Source: Patescibacteria group bacterium
Lineage (GTDB): Bacteria > Patescibacteriota > UBA1384 > XYA2-FULL-43-10 > 1-14-0-10-43-13
Direction of reading: 5' to 3'
Length of the DNA: 64,000 bases
Assembly: GCA_038078835.1 (NCBI GenBank)
Contig: JBBTQI010000009.1
Coordinates: forward strand, 3,714-67,713
In this document: one piece after another, positions 1 through 10,460 of the stretch
How the letters are laid out: the number at the start of each line of letters is the position of its first letter
Position numbering within the stretch: the stretch's first letter is position 1
Notes under the pieces: generated by a model
The model's input: the letters and a program-made list of their open reading frames with translations, nothing else
The model's database searches: none
What the model was told of the DNA's origin: nothing
Position numbers and translations under genes: made by a program

Positions 1-46
1 CTGACGTCGCCCTTTCGGGCATCATCGTATCTTGTTATAATGATAG

Positions 47-1882
47 TTGAATATTGTGGCAAAAAAACAAGAGAAAAGAAAAATACCGTCCAGCCTGAAG
101 AAGACGGGCAAGATTTTGTTACTTGTCTTTGTTTTGTTTGTATCACTCCCCTTAATTGCCCTGGGAACTTACTCGGCACTTAACGCCAATCACATCTATG
201 CCAATCAGTACGTCGGCGAGATCAATTTAGCCAAGCGAACCCGGGCCGACGCAACGGCAATTCTGACCAAGATGGCCGGCGACTACAATGCGCTGGAGAT
301 TCCGCTCCAATATCGTTTCGAAAATGAGGAGAGGAGTTATAGCATCAAGCCGGCGGAGATCGGGGTGCACTTTGATATCGAGGCGACGGTGAATGAACTC
401 TGGCAGGTCGGCCGGGACGACAACTTCGATCAAGCGATGAAGCAACAGGCGCGCTCCATCTTCCGCCCCACGGTTCATCAAATGGTCTATCGCTATAATG
501 AAGAGGCGCTGGCAAGCAAAATCCGCACTCTTGCCAAGGAGTTGGAGATACCCGAGAAGGACTTCTCTCTCTATTACAAGAATGGTCGTTTCGGGTTGAC
601 AGTTGATCGCGAACCGGGTCGCCGCATTCCTCGAGAGGAGATCATCTCCAGGATTAAAACCAATATCGGCGGTTTGAAAACCGAGACGATTAGTTTTTCA
701 TCCCAAGCCAGTCAACCGGCTGTCTTGCCGGAAAAGGCCGAGGCGCGTCTGGCCGAGGCCAATCGCATTATTGAATCGGGTGATCTTGTTCTGGAGCACG
801 AGAGCCAGTCTTTCACACTGGACAACGAGACGATCGGCGGTCTGATTAAGTCAAAAACCAATGGTGACAACCTGGAGATTTACTTTGATGACGGACGCTT
901 AAACACCTTCGTCAATTCGATCGCCGCCGCCCTCAACGTTGATCCGGTCAACGCGCGGCTCAAGATTGAGGGCGGGCGGGCGACCGTCTTTCAGACGGCT
1001 CAGGCCGGAAAAACGCTTGATGTCGACAAAACCAAGTCGGCTGTTATTAGCGCTCTCCTAACCCGGATTGATGACAGTGCCGAGATTGCCCGGCCACAGA
1101 AGATTGCCTTGGTTGTGCAAACAAGGGAGCCGGAGATTAAGGAGGCCGATATCGGCAATCTGGGTATAGTCGAGTTGGTCGGCAATGGCGTAACGGACTT
1201 TAAGGGCTCACCCTCAAATCGGGTTCACAACATTCAAACGGGTGCGGCCGCTCTCAACGGCATTCTGCTGGCGCCGGACGAGACCTTCTCGACGCTGGCC
1301 AAACTGGGCGAGATAAGTGACAAATCGGGCTATCTGCCCGAGCTGGTTATTAAGGAGAATAAGACTATCCCCGAATTTGGCGGCGGTCTCTGTCAAGTCT
1401 CTACCACCCTTTTTCGGGCGGCACTGAACGTCGGCATGGAGATTGTGGGCCGTCAAAATCATAAGTATCGCGTCAGCTACTACGAGCCGCCCGTTGGTAT
1501 GGATGCAACGATCTATGATCCGGCGCCCGACTTTAAATTTAAAAACAACTATGTCAGCCACATTCTAATTCAGTCCAAAGTTGAGGGGACCAAGATCACC
1601 TTTGAATTCTACGGGACCAAAGACACGCGCCAGGTTGAGATTGGCGAGCCGGAGACCTGGGGCGAGGTCTCGCCGGGCAACCCGGTAGTGACTGAGACGG
1701 ATACCTTGCCGCCGGGCGAGCGAAAACAGATCGAGAAGGCCCACGCCGGCATCTCGGCCAAGTTTCATTACAAAGTCAGTCGCGAGGGCGAGATACTGCA
1801 GGAGACTGATTTCCGCTCCAAATACGTTCCCTGGCCGGAGAAGTGGCTGGCGGGGAAACAATCAACACCGCCACAGCAATAA
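47..1882 (+). CDS. VanW-family protein (N-terminal TM anchor, peptidoglycan-binding-like region, C-terminal VanW domain)
   Basis: 611 aa ORF. The C-terminal 'GGGLCQVSTTLFRAALNVGMEIVGRQNHKYRVSYYEPPVGMDATIYDPAPDFKFKNN' matches the VanW domain signature from memory. The N-terminus has a hydrophobic segment. Confidence 0.55.
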   Translation: MNIVAKKQEKRKIPSSLKKTGKILLLVFVLFVSLPLIALGTYSALNANHIYANQYVGEINLAKRTRADATAILTKMAGDYNALEIPLQYRFENEERSYSIKPAEIGVHFDIEATVNELWQVGRDDNFDQAMKQQARSIFRPTVHQMVYRYNEEALASKIRTLAKELEIPEKDFSLYYKNGRFGLTVDREPGRRIPREEIISRIKTNIGGLKTETISFSSQASQPAVLPEKAEARLAEANRIIESGDLVLEHESQSFTLDNETIGGLIKSKTNGDNLEIYFDDGRLNTFVNSIAAALNVDPVNARLKIEGGRATVFQTAQAGKTLDVDKTKSAVISALLTRIDDSAEIARPQKIALVVQTREPEIKEADIGNLGIVELVGNGVTDFKGSPSNRVHNIQTGAAALNGILLAPDETFSTLAKLGEISDKSGYLPELVIKENKTIPEFGGGLCQVSTTLFRAALNVGMEIVGRQNHKYRVSYYEPPVGMDATIYDPAPDFKFKNNYVSHILIQSKVEGTKITFEFYGTKDTRQVEIGEPETWGEVSPGNPVVTETDTLPPGERKQIEKAHAGISAKFHYKVSREGEILQETDFRSKYVPWPEKWLAGKQSTPPQQ

Positions 1883-2050
1883 ATCCCAAATAAAAATCCG
1901 ACAGCCGGCGGACCAAATCACAAATAAACAACAAATTCGAAATAATGAAATTTCAAGCACTGGATCGTTGGTATTTGGAAATTGGAATTTATTTGTGGTT
2001 TGGTATTTGAGATTTGAATTTTTCCCGCCGAAGGCGGGGTGGAGGGGTAA

Positions 2051-4690
2051 GTGAGGGAGAGTTGGCATAGTTGGTCGGTTTCTGAGATTGAGCGCCATTT
2101 TGAGGTGGAGGCAAGTTTAGGCTTGTCTGAGATTCGCGCCAAGCATGGTTTGACCAAGTACGGACCCAACTCTTTTGTTCAGCTGAGAGAGGCTGGTTTC
2201 TGGGGCATACTTCTTAGTCAGTTTAACAACTTCTTTATCTTCCTCTTGGCGGTTGCGGCGGCTATCTCTTATTACGTTGACGGTCTGATTCAGGCGTTAA
2301 TTCTGATTGCGATTATTACCATTAATATCGCACTTGGTTTTTTTCAGGAATATAAAGCCGAAAGGGCTCTGGCCGAGCTAAAGCGGTCTTTCTTGGCCAA
2401 GAGCAAGGTTTTACGAGCCGGACATATTAAGGAGATATCCAATGAATTCCTGACCTTGGGTGATGTTGTTCTGGTTGAGGCTGGCAACAAGGTTCCGGCT
2501 GATTTGCGTTTATTTGAGGAGGAGTCGCTTCGGGTGGATGAGTCGGCGCTAACCGGAGAGTCGGTGCCGTCAAGTAAGAGTGTTGCGCCTCTGTTGAAAG
2601 AGACACCGCTGGCCGATCGTCACAATATTCTCCACGCCGGATCTCTGGTGGCCGCCGGCCGTGGCCATGGTATTGTGGTTGCAATTGGCCGGGGGACTGA
2701 ATTTGGCCGGATCGCCGATCTGGTTCAACAGGGCGAAGAGAAAACTCCTCTTGAACGCCAGATTGCTTATTTAGGCAAAATCATCACTCTTTTTTCGATC
2801 CTTTTCTCTCTGGCGGTCTTTGCCCTTGGGTTTTGGCGGGACTTTGAGGTCTTGCCGCTTTTGACCTTTACTATTGCCCTTCTTATCGCGGCCGTCCCGG
2901 AAAGCTTGCCAACAGCAATTACGCTGGCTTTGGCTGTCGGCGTGATGCGGATGGCCCGCCAGAAGGCGATCGTGCGCAAGATGGCGGCAATTGAAACGTT
3001 GGGCACGGTTAATATTATTGCAACTGACAAGACCGGCACCCTAACTGATAACCATCTGACGGTCGGCCTTATCTCTCTCTGGGAGCGGGGCAGTTGGGAG
3101 AGAGTTGATTTTCACGCTAAGGCGAGGATCGATCGCGAGATCCGCGATCTTCTGGTGCGGGCTATTGCTTGCTCTAACATTAATACTAAAGAAAGCGGCG
3201 GTTTTATTGGCGATCCGGTCGAGGTGGCGCTGGCGGAACGGGCAAAGATGAGCGCCGGGGGAGTTCTGGCCGACGCCAAACGCTGCCATCGTCTCTTTGA
3301 GATTCCCTTTGATTCCGACAGGAAATATATGGCGGTGCTTTGCCGCCGCCGCGGCGTTAGCGAGTTGATTGTCAAGGGGATGCCGGAGCGCGTGATCTCC
3401 TTTTGCAACTTAAGTCTTCGGGGCAGGGAGAAGGCTCTTTTGGAGGCGGCAGATTTGAGCCGGGCCGGTTACAAGGTAATCGCGCTGGCACGGCGGCAAG
3501 GCGGTGTCCGTCCTAAAGCGCTGGCCAGTATGGAGCTTTTGGGTCTCTTTGCTCTGGTGGATGAACCTGCTTCGGGTATCCGCGAAGTCATTCAGCGGGC
3601 AATGCGCGCGGGAATTCGCCCCGTAATGGTCACCGGCGATCATCCCGAAACCGCTCGTTTCGTGGCCAACTCAATCGGCCTTGCTGTGGCTGATGACGAG
3701 ATAATTATCGGCACAAAGATGGATCGGATGACTAAGGCTGGTTTGCGGCGGGCGCTCCAGCGGGTTAAGATCTTTGCCCGGGTGACGCCGGAGGATAAGA
3801 CCAGAATAGTCAGGTCATTCCAAGAGTCGGGCTACACCATCGCGATGGCCGGCGATGGCATTAATGATGCTCCGGCGATTAAAGAGGCGGAGGTGGGAAT
3901 CGCGATGGGGATTAAGGGAACAGACGTCGCCAGAAGTGCTTCTGATATTGTTTTGGCCGATGATCGCTACAAAACAATCGTTGCGGCCGTAGAGTACGGC
4001 CGGACAATTTTTGACAACATCAAAAATGTCATTGTTCACCTGCTTGCCGGTAATTTTAACGAGATGCTGTTGGTGGGATTTGCCTTTCTGGCTAACTTGC
4101 CTTTGCCGATTACGACGATTCAGCTCCTCTGGGTTAATCTGATTACAGACTCCTTCCCGGCCCTGGCGCTGAGTTTTGAGAAGCCCTCCCGTCAGGTTCT
4201 CTTGGAGCCGCCGCGTTCCAGTTCGGTTAAGTCGCTTCGCCGCTCCCTTGCCTACACCGTCGCTCTCTCTCTGGTCTCCTTCATTATCTGTTTGGGGCTC
4301 TATTTATCAAATCTGGACAAATCTCCCGAGCGGGCCCGAACCATCACCTTTACCTTCTTTGTTTTAGTGCAACTAGTACTTTGTTTTTCAATTCGCTCCA
4401 AGAAAAGGATTTGGCAGGAGCCAAAAGGTTTTCTTGAGAACAAGCCCCTGTCTTGGGCCGTTCTGCTCTCGCTTGTCCTTCAGGCGGCACTTTTCCTCCC
4501 GCCGTTTCGAAGCGCCTTTGGCCTGGTCTTACTTACTCCCAGCGAGATAATACTGATGATTGTGCTGGCACTGTTTGCTTTTGCTCTGGCGGAGGTGATT
4601 CGTTACTGCTTTGATCGTTATTATGACTACAATATGATAAAAAGGGAGACGATTATAGCAAAAGTGCTCGCGCTGCCGGCCAAACATTAA
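2051..4690 (+). CDS. Cation-transporting P-type ATPase (E1-E2, type IIA-like Ca/Mg)
   Basis: 879 aa. It has the phosphorylation motif 'DKTGTLT', the hinge 'GDGINDAPA', and a 'VPESLP'-type TM4. Ten predicted TM segments. Confidence 0.88.
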   Translation: MRESWHSWSVSEIERHFEVEASLGLSEIRAKHGLTKYGPNSFVQLREAGFWGILLSQFNNFFIFLLAVAAAISYYVDGLIQALILIAIITINIALGFFQEYKAERALAELKRSFLAKSKVLRAGHIKEISNEFLTLGDVVLVEAGNKVPADLRLFEEESLRVDESALTGESVPSSKSVAPLLKETPLADRHNILHAGSLVAAGRGHGIVVAIGRGTEFGRIADLVQQGEEKTPLERQIAYLGKIITLFSILFSLAVFALGFWRDFEVLPLLTFTIALLIAAVPESLPTAITLALAVGVMRMARQKAIVRKMAAIETLGTVNIIATDKTGTLTDNHLTVGLISLWERGSWERVDFHAKARIDREIRDLLVRAIACSNINTKESGGFIGDPVEVALAERAKMSAGGVLADAKRCHRLFEIPFDSDRKYMAVLCRRRGVSELIVKGMPERVISFCNLSLRGREKALLEAADLSRAGYKVIALARRQGGVRPKALASMELLGLFALVDEPASGIREVIQRAMRAGIRPVMVTGDHPETARFVANSIGLAVADDEIIIGTKMDRMTKAGLRRALQRVKIFARVTPEDKTRIVRSFQESGYTIAMAGDGINDAPAIKEAEVGIAMGIKGTDVARSASDIVLADDRYKTIVAAVEYGRTIFDNIKNVIVHLLAGNFNEMLLVGFAFLANLPLPITTIQLLWVNLITDSFPALALSFEKPSRQVLLEPPRSSSVKSLRRSLAYTVALSLVSFIICLGLYLSNLDKSPERARTITFTFFVLVQLVLCFSIRSKKRIWQEPKGFLENKPLSWAVLLSLVLQAALFLPPFRSAFGLVLLTPSEIILMIVLALFAFALAEVIRYCFDRYYDYNMIKRETIIAKVLALPAKH

Positions 4691-4875
4691 ACCCGGCGGT
4701 TTCCTCTTTCTTGTTTCTGGCCTATCTGCTTGCGGCCGCCTACCGCCCCGCCCCCTTGAACCGCAAGTGGGGTGTCGTTCTCATCACCCTCTATATTATC
4801 TTCGTTTTTGTGGAGATTGCCTGATCTGGACAAAAAATGCCGCTTGTAATATATTAAAACCGGATAATTTTCGGT

Positions 4876-5382
4876 TTGTCGATGAAACAGCTCTCTTTTT
4901 ATAAAACCAAGCGGACTCACGTCGCCATTATGCGGCAGTCTTTGGGTGTGCTGGAAAAGATCATTTTCGGCGAGAAAACGATAGAGACGCGCTGGTATAA
5001 GAATCGATCTCAGCCCTGGGACGCGATCGAGCCGGGTGATGTTGTCTATTTTAAAAATGCCGGCGAGCCGGTGACCGCTCAAGCGACAATTGGAGTGGTC
5101 CGGCAGTTTGAGGATTTGACGCCGGCAAAGATCAGGGCCATTCTTGAGGAGTATGCCGATCGGATCGGTATTGACCCGGGAAACATTGATGATTTTTGCC
5201 AGCGCCATCGGGATAAAAAATATTGCTTACTAATCTTTCTGCAGAATCCCCTGGCAGTTAAACCTTTCGAGATCAACAAAACCGGTTTTGGCAATCAGAC
5301 TGCCTGGCTCGTCATCGATAATATCGATAAAATCAAAAAAACTACCGTAACTCAACCCAAGCTCCTTGGCCGCAAACAGTGA
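4876..5382 (+). CDS. ASCH-domain protein (PUA-like fold)
   Basis: 168 aa. 'GEKTIETR' fits the ASCH GxKxxExR motif. Confidence 0.4.
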   Translation: MSMKQLSFYKTKRTHVAIMRQSLGVLEKIIFGEKTIETRWYKNRSQPWDAIEPGDVVYFKNAGEPVTAQATIGVVRQFEDLTPAKIRAILEEYADRIGIDPGNIDDFCQRHRDKKYCLLIFLQNPLAVKPFEINKTGFGNQTAWLVIDNIDKIKKTTVTQPKLLGRKQ

Positions 5383-5500
5383 TTTCGTACAGCTATTTTT
5401 GCTGCTGGGTTTTTGTTTAGCCAACTCTTGACAATTTAGGGAACTGGAGTACAATATTGTCATCCGCAAGGGAGGCGGTTGTGGTTTAGGGGGTGTTGTA

Positions 5501-5840
5501 ATGGTTACGGCAATTGTCGTCGGTAACGCCGGTGTGATTACGACCGGCGATGAGTTCGTAGAAACAATCCTGCCGCGGCTGCGGCAGGCCGTTTGCCACC
5601 TCGCAGATCTTGGTGTCCGGCGCATCATCATAGATATGGCGGAGGTCCAAGATTTTCGACGAGGAGGGAGGCGGTGCGTTGATCTGGGCCTACCAGGCGG
5701 CTCAGAAGCACGGTGTCGAGCTGTGCCTCAACCCGCCCGCAGCGCCCGCGCCGCGGCTTGGCTGGATGTACCTCTCCGCCTTTATTCCCTTTGTGGATTT
5801 GGCGGAGTTTCTTGGAACCGCGCACTAGGCGCGGCGCAGC
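5501..5840 (+). pseudogene. STAS-domain (anti-sigma-factor antagonist-like) gene split by a +1 frameshift at a T4 run
   Basis: Frame A gives '...LADLGVRRIIIDMAEVQDF'. Frame B continues 'DEEGGGALIWAYQAAQKHGVELCLNPP...FVDLAEFLGTAH*'. Together these form a SpoIIAA-like STAS domain. The shift maps to 'tttt' at 5654-5657. The segment is GC-rich. Confidence 0.4.
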
Positions 5841-6321
5841 ACTCCCGGGATACACCGGGCGCCCCGATATAGGGCGCCTTTTTGTGAGTATTTAGTTCTT
5901 TGCTGCTGTTGCCTGAGATTCCGGTGCCGGTTATTAACGCCGGTGAGACCTTGGCAGCCCGCTTTGATATTCCCCGTTCATAATGACGGATAACTAAGGC
6001 ATCGGCATAGTTGCTGATAACTCGAGCCGTGTCCTCGATTGTTTCGCCTTTAGCAGCCGAACTAAACTCCTTGGCATTCTCAGAGGAGATAACTGAGCCA
6101 CCAAGTTTCAGTGCGGCCGTTTCAAAAGAAAGACGTGTTCGTGTGCTCGGTTCATAAAAAAGACAAGCGACAGCTTTGTTTTTAAGCGATTGAGGAAGTT
6201 TGTCCTTCTGGTCCAACCGCTCAAGTTCCTTTGCTAATATAAAAAAATTCTCAATCTCCGCCGCATTCGAGAATTGTTGGGTGCTAATCAAGTGTTTTAT
6301 CACATAACCTCCTTTCTGCAA
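5782..6321 (-). pseudogene. pyrB: Truncated aspartate carbamoyltransferase (N-terminal carbamoyl-phosphate domain only)
   Basis: The ~150 N-terminal residues include 'FYEPSTRTRLSFETAALKLGG' (STRTR motif) and 'DALVIRH'. There is no HPxQ or Asp-binding half. The reading frame runs into a GC-rich unrelated segment at ~5500-5900. It is adjacent to pyrG. Confidence 0.5.
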
Positions 6322-6408
6322 CCATTATATTGATTGGTTCAAAAAGATCAAGGCACTGGACCAATCCACTGGGTTGTTCTCGGGTATCTTTGTGTGTAGA
6401 ATCGAATC

Positions 6409-6759
6409 ATGAGAGTGATAAAAGCTCGTCAAAAAATAACCCTGACTGAGATCGAGGAGATGGCCGGGAAAATGTTCGGCGATTTGGTTAAGGGTGTTAT
6501 TGATATTGAAAAAGAGATAATCGCGCTCGATACGGAGATGCATGTTGATGAAGAAGTCTTGCTTCTTGAACAGGGATCGGGACAGGGCGACTTATGGGGC
6601 ATCAATCTCTATCCGGAACTTTATGGCAGTGATGATTTCATTGAATTTGACTCGATGATAAACCTGCGACCGTCACAGAATAATCGCTCTCGTGGTGTAG
6701 AGAGTAAAGAGATTCAAACGAGGATTAGAAAAATTATCGAGAAGGTCATTAAAAAATGA
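6409..6759 (+). CDS. Hypothetical protein
   Basis: 116 aa ORF. Its stop overlaps the next ORF start (ATGA), which suggests translational coupling. Confidence 0.4.
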   Translation: MRVIKARQKITLTEIEEMAGKMFGDLVKGVIDIEKEIIALDTEMHVDEEVLLLEQGSGQGDLWGINLYPELYGSDDFIEFDSMINLRPSQNNRSRGVESKEIQTRIRKIIEKVIKK

Positions 6760-7091
6760 ATCTGATCCATCACAAAAACCTTGGTCCCAACCGCTGGTTT
6801 GCTGAGTCTCTTTCCTGGCAGATGGCCAACATTGGCAGTGAAGTTCATCGAACAATTTCTTGGCGCGAGAAGGGCAATAATGAATATGCCAATCTGGCGT
6901 TTGAGCGGGCACTGGAACTGATTGATCTTACTATTGAAGATCCTAAAAACCGCCGCCGCTCGCGGGAGATACTTAAGTTTAGAGAGCTCTTTACCGACTG
7001 GTATCTTGGAGAGGGGAACTATATCGTTTCGGGGGAATCATTAGATAAATATTTTTTACCCTTTACTTTCGCCGCCCGCTTGGGGAGATAA
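6756..7091 (+). CDS. Hypothetical protein
   Basis: 111 aa ORF coupled to the upstream ORF. Confidence 0.4.
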   Translation: MNLIHHKNLGPNRWFAESLSWQMANIGSEVHRTISWREKGNNEYANLAFERALELIDLTIEDPKNRRRSREILKFRELFTDWYLGEGNYIVSGESLDKYFLPFTFAARLGR

Positions 7092-7115
7092 GTTCATTTT
7101 TGGTTTCGGATGAGG

Positions 7116-8852
7116 TTATCGCGCCGGAGTTGGGGTGGCGAGAAGTTTGCCCTTGGCTTTTTCAACATCCTTGCTCCGGCTGGCAGCAGAGATGAAGGCC
7201 ATGAAGAGAGGATGAGGGCGGAGTGGACGGGATTGGAGCTCTGGGTGGAACTGAGTGCCGACAAAGAAGGGGTGACCCTTGATTTCAATGATCTCAACCA
7301 AATTACGCTCAGGGTTGATGCCGGCGATAACCAGTCCCGCCTTTTCCAGCTGGTCACGATATTTATTATTGAGCTCATAGCGGTGGCGGTGACGCTCGAT
7401 AATCGTTAAAGGCTCGAGGCTTAAGGCCGAAGGCAAATCATTGTCTAGCCTTCGACCTTCGGCCTTTGGCGTCTGTCTGTAGGATTTATATGAAATAGTT
7501 CCTTCCTTGAGCTTACAGGCATATCCCCCTAAACGCATTGAGCCGCCGTAATCTCGCATCTCCAGCTTCTTTTTCTGATCCGGCATAATATGTATGACAG
7601 GGTATGAAGTTTTAGGATTAATCTCCTCGGTGTGAGCACCCTTCCAACCGCAGACATTGCGGGCGAATTCGATCGTGGCAATTTGCATACCGTAGCAGAG
7701 ACCAAAATAAGGAATCTTATGTTCTCGACAATAGCCGGCGACGGCAATCTTGCCCTCAATCCCGCGGGCACCAAATCCGCCCGGCACAATCACGCCATCG
7801 TAGTTCTTAAGATTACCTAACCGAGCCTGATTCTTTTCGTATTCTTCGGAGTTAAGCCAGGTTAACTTGGGTTTTAAATTCTGACTCCAGGCGGCGTGCT
7901 TGACCGCCTCAATGACGGAGATGTAGGAATCGGCCAGGAGATAATCGCCGGTACCAAAGTATTTACCAACGATGCCGATTTTCACCTCCCGACCGCCGTT
8001 ATGAGCGTGATGGGCCAGTTCTTTCCAAGCCGAGAGGTTAGAAGGCTTTTCCGGCAAGCCAAGGTGGTGGAGGATCTTGTTACCAAAGTTTTCACTTTCA
8101 AAATTTAGGGGGATGTCATAAATCGAATCGACATCCGGCGCCGAGATGGCGTTCTCCGGTGCGATACTGCAAAAGATCGCCAGTTTTTCGCGGCGCTTGC
8201 TATCGATCGGTTTTTCGGAGCGGCAGAGAATAAAATCAGCCTGAATGCCGCAGGAGTTCAGTTCTCGTGAGGCGTGCTGAGTCGGCTTGGTCTTCATCTC
8301 GCCAACTTTGGAGGGGATGGGCAGATAGGAAACAAGAACAAAGATAACATCCTTGGGGTTTTTCAGTTTCATCATCCGGGCTGCTTCCAAAAAGAGGAGG
8401 TTTTCGTATTCGCCCACCGTGCCGCCGATCTCAATAATGGTGATGTCCGCTTTGGCCTCCTTTGTGGCGGTTTTGATCCGGCGGATAATCTCCTCAGGAA
8501 TGTGCGGCACAACCTGGACGCACTTGCCGTCATACTCCAGATTGCGTTCACGATTGATAACCGTCTGGTAGACCCGTCCCGTTGTCATATAGTTGATTTT
8601 AGTGATATTTTCATCCAAAAAGCGTTCATAGTTGCCGCAATCCTGGTCGGTCTCATCACCATCGACGGTGACAAAGACCTCGCCGTGCTCCGTTGGATTC
8701 ATGGTGCCGGCGTCAACATTAATATAAGGGTCAGCTTTCATGGCCGTGACACGGTAACCCTTGCTCTTTAGGATAGTGCCGATTGAGGCGGCAGCGATTC
8801 CCTTGCCGACCGAGGACATCACACCGCCCACCACGAAAATGTATTTGGACAT
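7116..8852 (-). CDS. pyrG: CTP synthase
   Basis: 578 aa. The N-terminus 'MSKYIFVVGGVMSSVGKGIAAASIG...' is the synthetase domain. The C-terminal glutamine amidotransferase domain contains 'GLCYGMQ'. Confidence 0.95.
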   Translation of the reverse strand: MSKYIFVVGGVMSSVGKGIAAASIGTILKSKGYRVTAMKADPYINVDAGTMNPTEHGEVFVTVDGDETDQDCGNYERFLDENITKINYMTTGRVYQTVINRERNLEYDGKCVQVVPHIPEEIIRRIKTATKEAKADITIIEIGGTVGEYENLLFLEAARMMKLKNPKDVIFVLVSYLPIPSKVGEMKTKPTQHASRELNSCGIQADFILCRSEKPIDSKRREKLAIFCSIAPENAISAPDVDSIYDIPLNFESENFGNKILHHLGLPEKPSNLSAWKELAHHAHNGGREVKIGIVGKYFGTGDYLLADSYISVIEAVKHAAWSQNLKPKLTWLNSEEYEKNQARLGNLKNYDGVIVPGGFGARGIEGKIAVAGYCREHKIPYFGLCYGMQIATIEFARNVCGWKGAHTEEINPKTSYPVIHIMPDQKKKLEMRDYGGSMRLGGYACKLKEGTISYKSYRQTPKAEGRRLDNDLPSALSLEPLTIIERHRHRYELNNKYRDQLEKAGLVIAGINPERNLVEIIEIKGHPFFVGTQFHPELQSRPLRPHPLFMAFISAASRSKDVEKAKGKLLATPTPAR

Positions 8853-8916
8853 TCACCTCCTTTAAAAAAATAGTTCTTTTTAGTGTTTTTCTTTATTGTA
8901 ATGATTCCCAAAATGG

Positions 8917-9765
8917 TTGGCAAGTAGAGTCAGTGTTGATTTAATGATATCAGTGGATAAAATCAACAGGCATTATTTTGGAAGAACTCGAAGAATTTGC
9001 GCCATTTTGCAAATGGTTCCCTTTTTGCGTTGCCTGATTTTAAACGGCTCGCTGGCCCAGGGGAAAGCCAGGCCGGATTCCGATATCGATATTTTAGTGA
9101 TCGGCCGGGACGGCCGGATCTTTACGGCCCGGTTTTTTATTCTTTTACTCTCGACCTTGCTGGGTGTCAAGCGCTCAAGCGATGATGCCAAAAGTCATGC
9201 CGGCAAGTTTTGTTTTAACTATTTTATGACGACATCATACTTAAAGATCCCCGCCGGCCGCGGGACGGCGATGGATCGATATTGCGCCGAGAATTATTCG
9301 AAAAGCGTTTTGGTCTGGGGCGATAAAAAAACTTTCCGGCGATTTTTTGAGGAAAACGAACGCTTGTTTGCCTTAGCTCAAAAGTCAAAAGACAAAGACC
9401 AAAACCACGGGTTAAAAATTGGTATGAATGAGATTTGCGCAAATATTCTTCGAACAAACTTAAAGCGAGTGAGAAGCTCTCGGCTGATAGGTTTTACTTC
9501 AAACAATACCAGCCGGTACAAACCCCATCAAGATTTTCCGATCTATACCACAATGGTGCGATTGATCGGAATATTTGGCGAGATGATGCTAGGGGGGCGA
9601 TTTGGTGATTGGGTGGAGAGAATCCTAAAAAAGATTCAAATTCGGCGGATCGAGCGCGATCCGCGAACGGCACGACATCCGAATTTAATTGTCTACAACG
9701 ACCAAGAACTGCTCTTCCACCCGCCCGGGAGGAGCCCCGGGAGGAGCATTGACAGTCAAAGGTAA
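8917..9765 (+). CDS. Nucleotidyltransferase-domain protein
   Basis: 'LILNGSLAQGKARPDSDIDILVIG' fits the minimal NTase motif GS-x9-13-DxD. The start codon is uncertain. Confidence 0.5.
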   Translation: MASRVSVDLMISVDKINRHYFGRTRRICAILQMVPFLRCLILNGSLAQGKARPDSDIDILVIGRDGRIFTARFFILLLSTLLGVKRSSDDAKSHAGKFCFNYFMTTSYLKIPAGRGTAMDRYCAENYSKSVLVWGDKKTFRRFFEENERLFALAQKSKDKDQNHGLKIGMNEICANILRTNLKRVRSSRLIGFTSNNTSRYKPHQDFPIYTTMVRLIGIFGEMMLGGRFGDWVERILKKIQIRRIERDPRTARHPNLIVYNDQELLFHPPGRSPGRSIDSQR

Positions 9766-9849
9766 TTTTGGTACGCTTAAAATGCTAAAACGCCCTGTGA
9801 GGTCGAAAGACATTTGCAGGGCCTTTTTGTTTGTGCTATTATATTTTTA

Positions 9850-10398
9850 ATGAAACAGGAGAGGGTGCTATTATTAATTGACGGCAGTAATTTCTATTTC
9901 AAGTTGAAGAGCTTGGATTTGCAAGATCTGCTCTATTTTGATTTCCATCGTTTTGCACGTTATTTGGCAAGGTCAAGTAAGCTTATCAGATCCTGTTATT
10001 ATGTTGGGAGGATTAGGCAAGATGGAACCAAGAAAACAAGGATATTGTTCGATGGACAACAAAAATTAATCGGGCTTCTAAAGAAATGCAACTTTCATTA
10101 TAGCCTTGGTTATTTGCTTAAGAATGATGGTGTTTACCATGAGAAAGGTGTAGATGTTCAAATTGCTACCGATATTTTGGTTGCAGCATATGAAGATATT
10201 TGCGATCGAATAATTCTTGTCTCTTCTGACACGGATTTGTCTCCAGCGATCAAAAAGGCTCAAGAAAAAGAGAAAGCGGTCGAGTATATTGGCTTTTCTC
10301 ATCAGCCAAGCGTGGCTATGGTTTCGGTTTGTAAAGAGTCTAGACTTCTGTCCAGGGAGGATGCAGAGCAATTCATAAAAACAGATAGAAAAGGCTGA
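9850..10398 (+). CDS. NYN/LabA-like (PIN-like) domain protein
   Basis: 'LLLIDGSNFYF...GVDVQIATDIL...IILVSSDTDL' is the LabA/NYN pattern. Start chosen at 'MKQERV', downstream of the terminator that overlaps the longer ORF. Confidence 0.6.
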   Translation: MKQERVLLLIDGSNFYFKLKSLDLQDLLYFDFHRFARYLARSSKLIRSCYYVGRIRQDGTKKTRILFDGQQKLIGLLKKCNFHYSLGYLLKNDGVYHEKGVDVQIATDILVAAYEDICDRIILVSSDTDLSPAIKKAQEKEKAVEYIGFSHQPSVAMVSVCKESRLLSREDAEQFIKTDRKG

Positions 10399-10460
10399 AT
10401 GGCGATAATTAAGATGATTGGCACTGGCATATTGATACTTAATTTAATAAAAGGCGGCAG

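Noticed and set aside
1990-2045. Hairpin 'cccgccgaaggcggg' preceded by a T-run on the minus strand, upstream of the P-type ATPase
   Set aside because: It resembles a minus-strand terminator, but there is no minus-strand gene to its right. It may be a remnant or an attenuator. Evidence is insufficient to call it.
227-4367. Numerous antisense or overlapping small ORFs inside VanW, the P-type ATPase, pyrG, groEL, uvrD, copA and others
   Set aside because: Each overlaps a long ORF with strong conserved motifs. They have no RBS or motif support and biased low-complexity composition.
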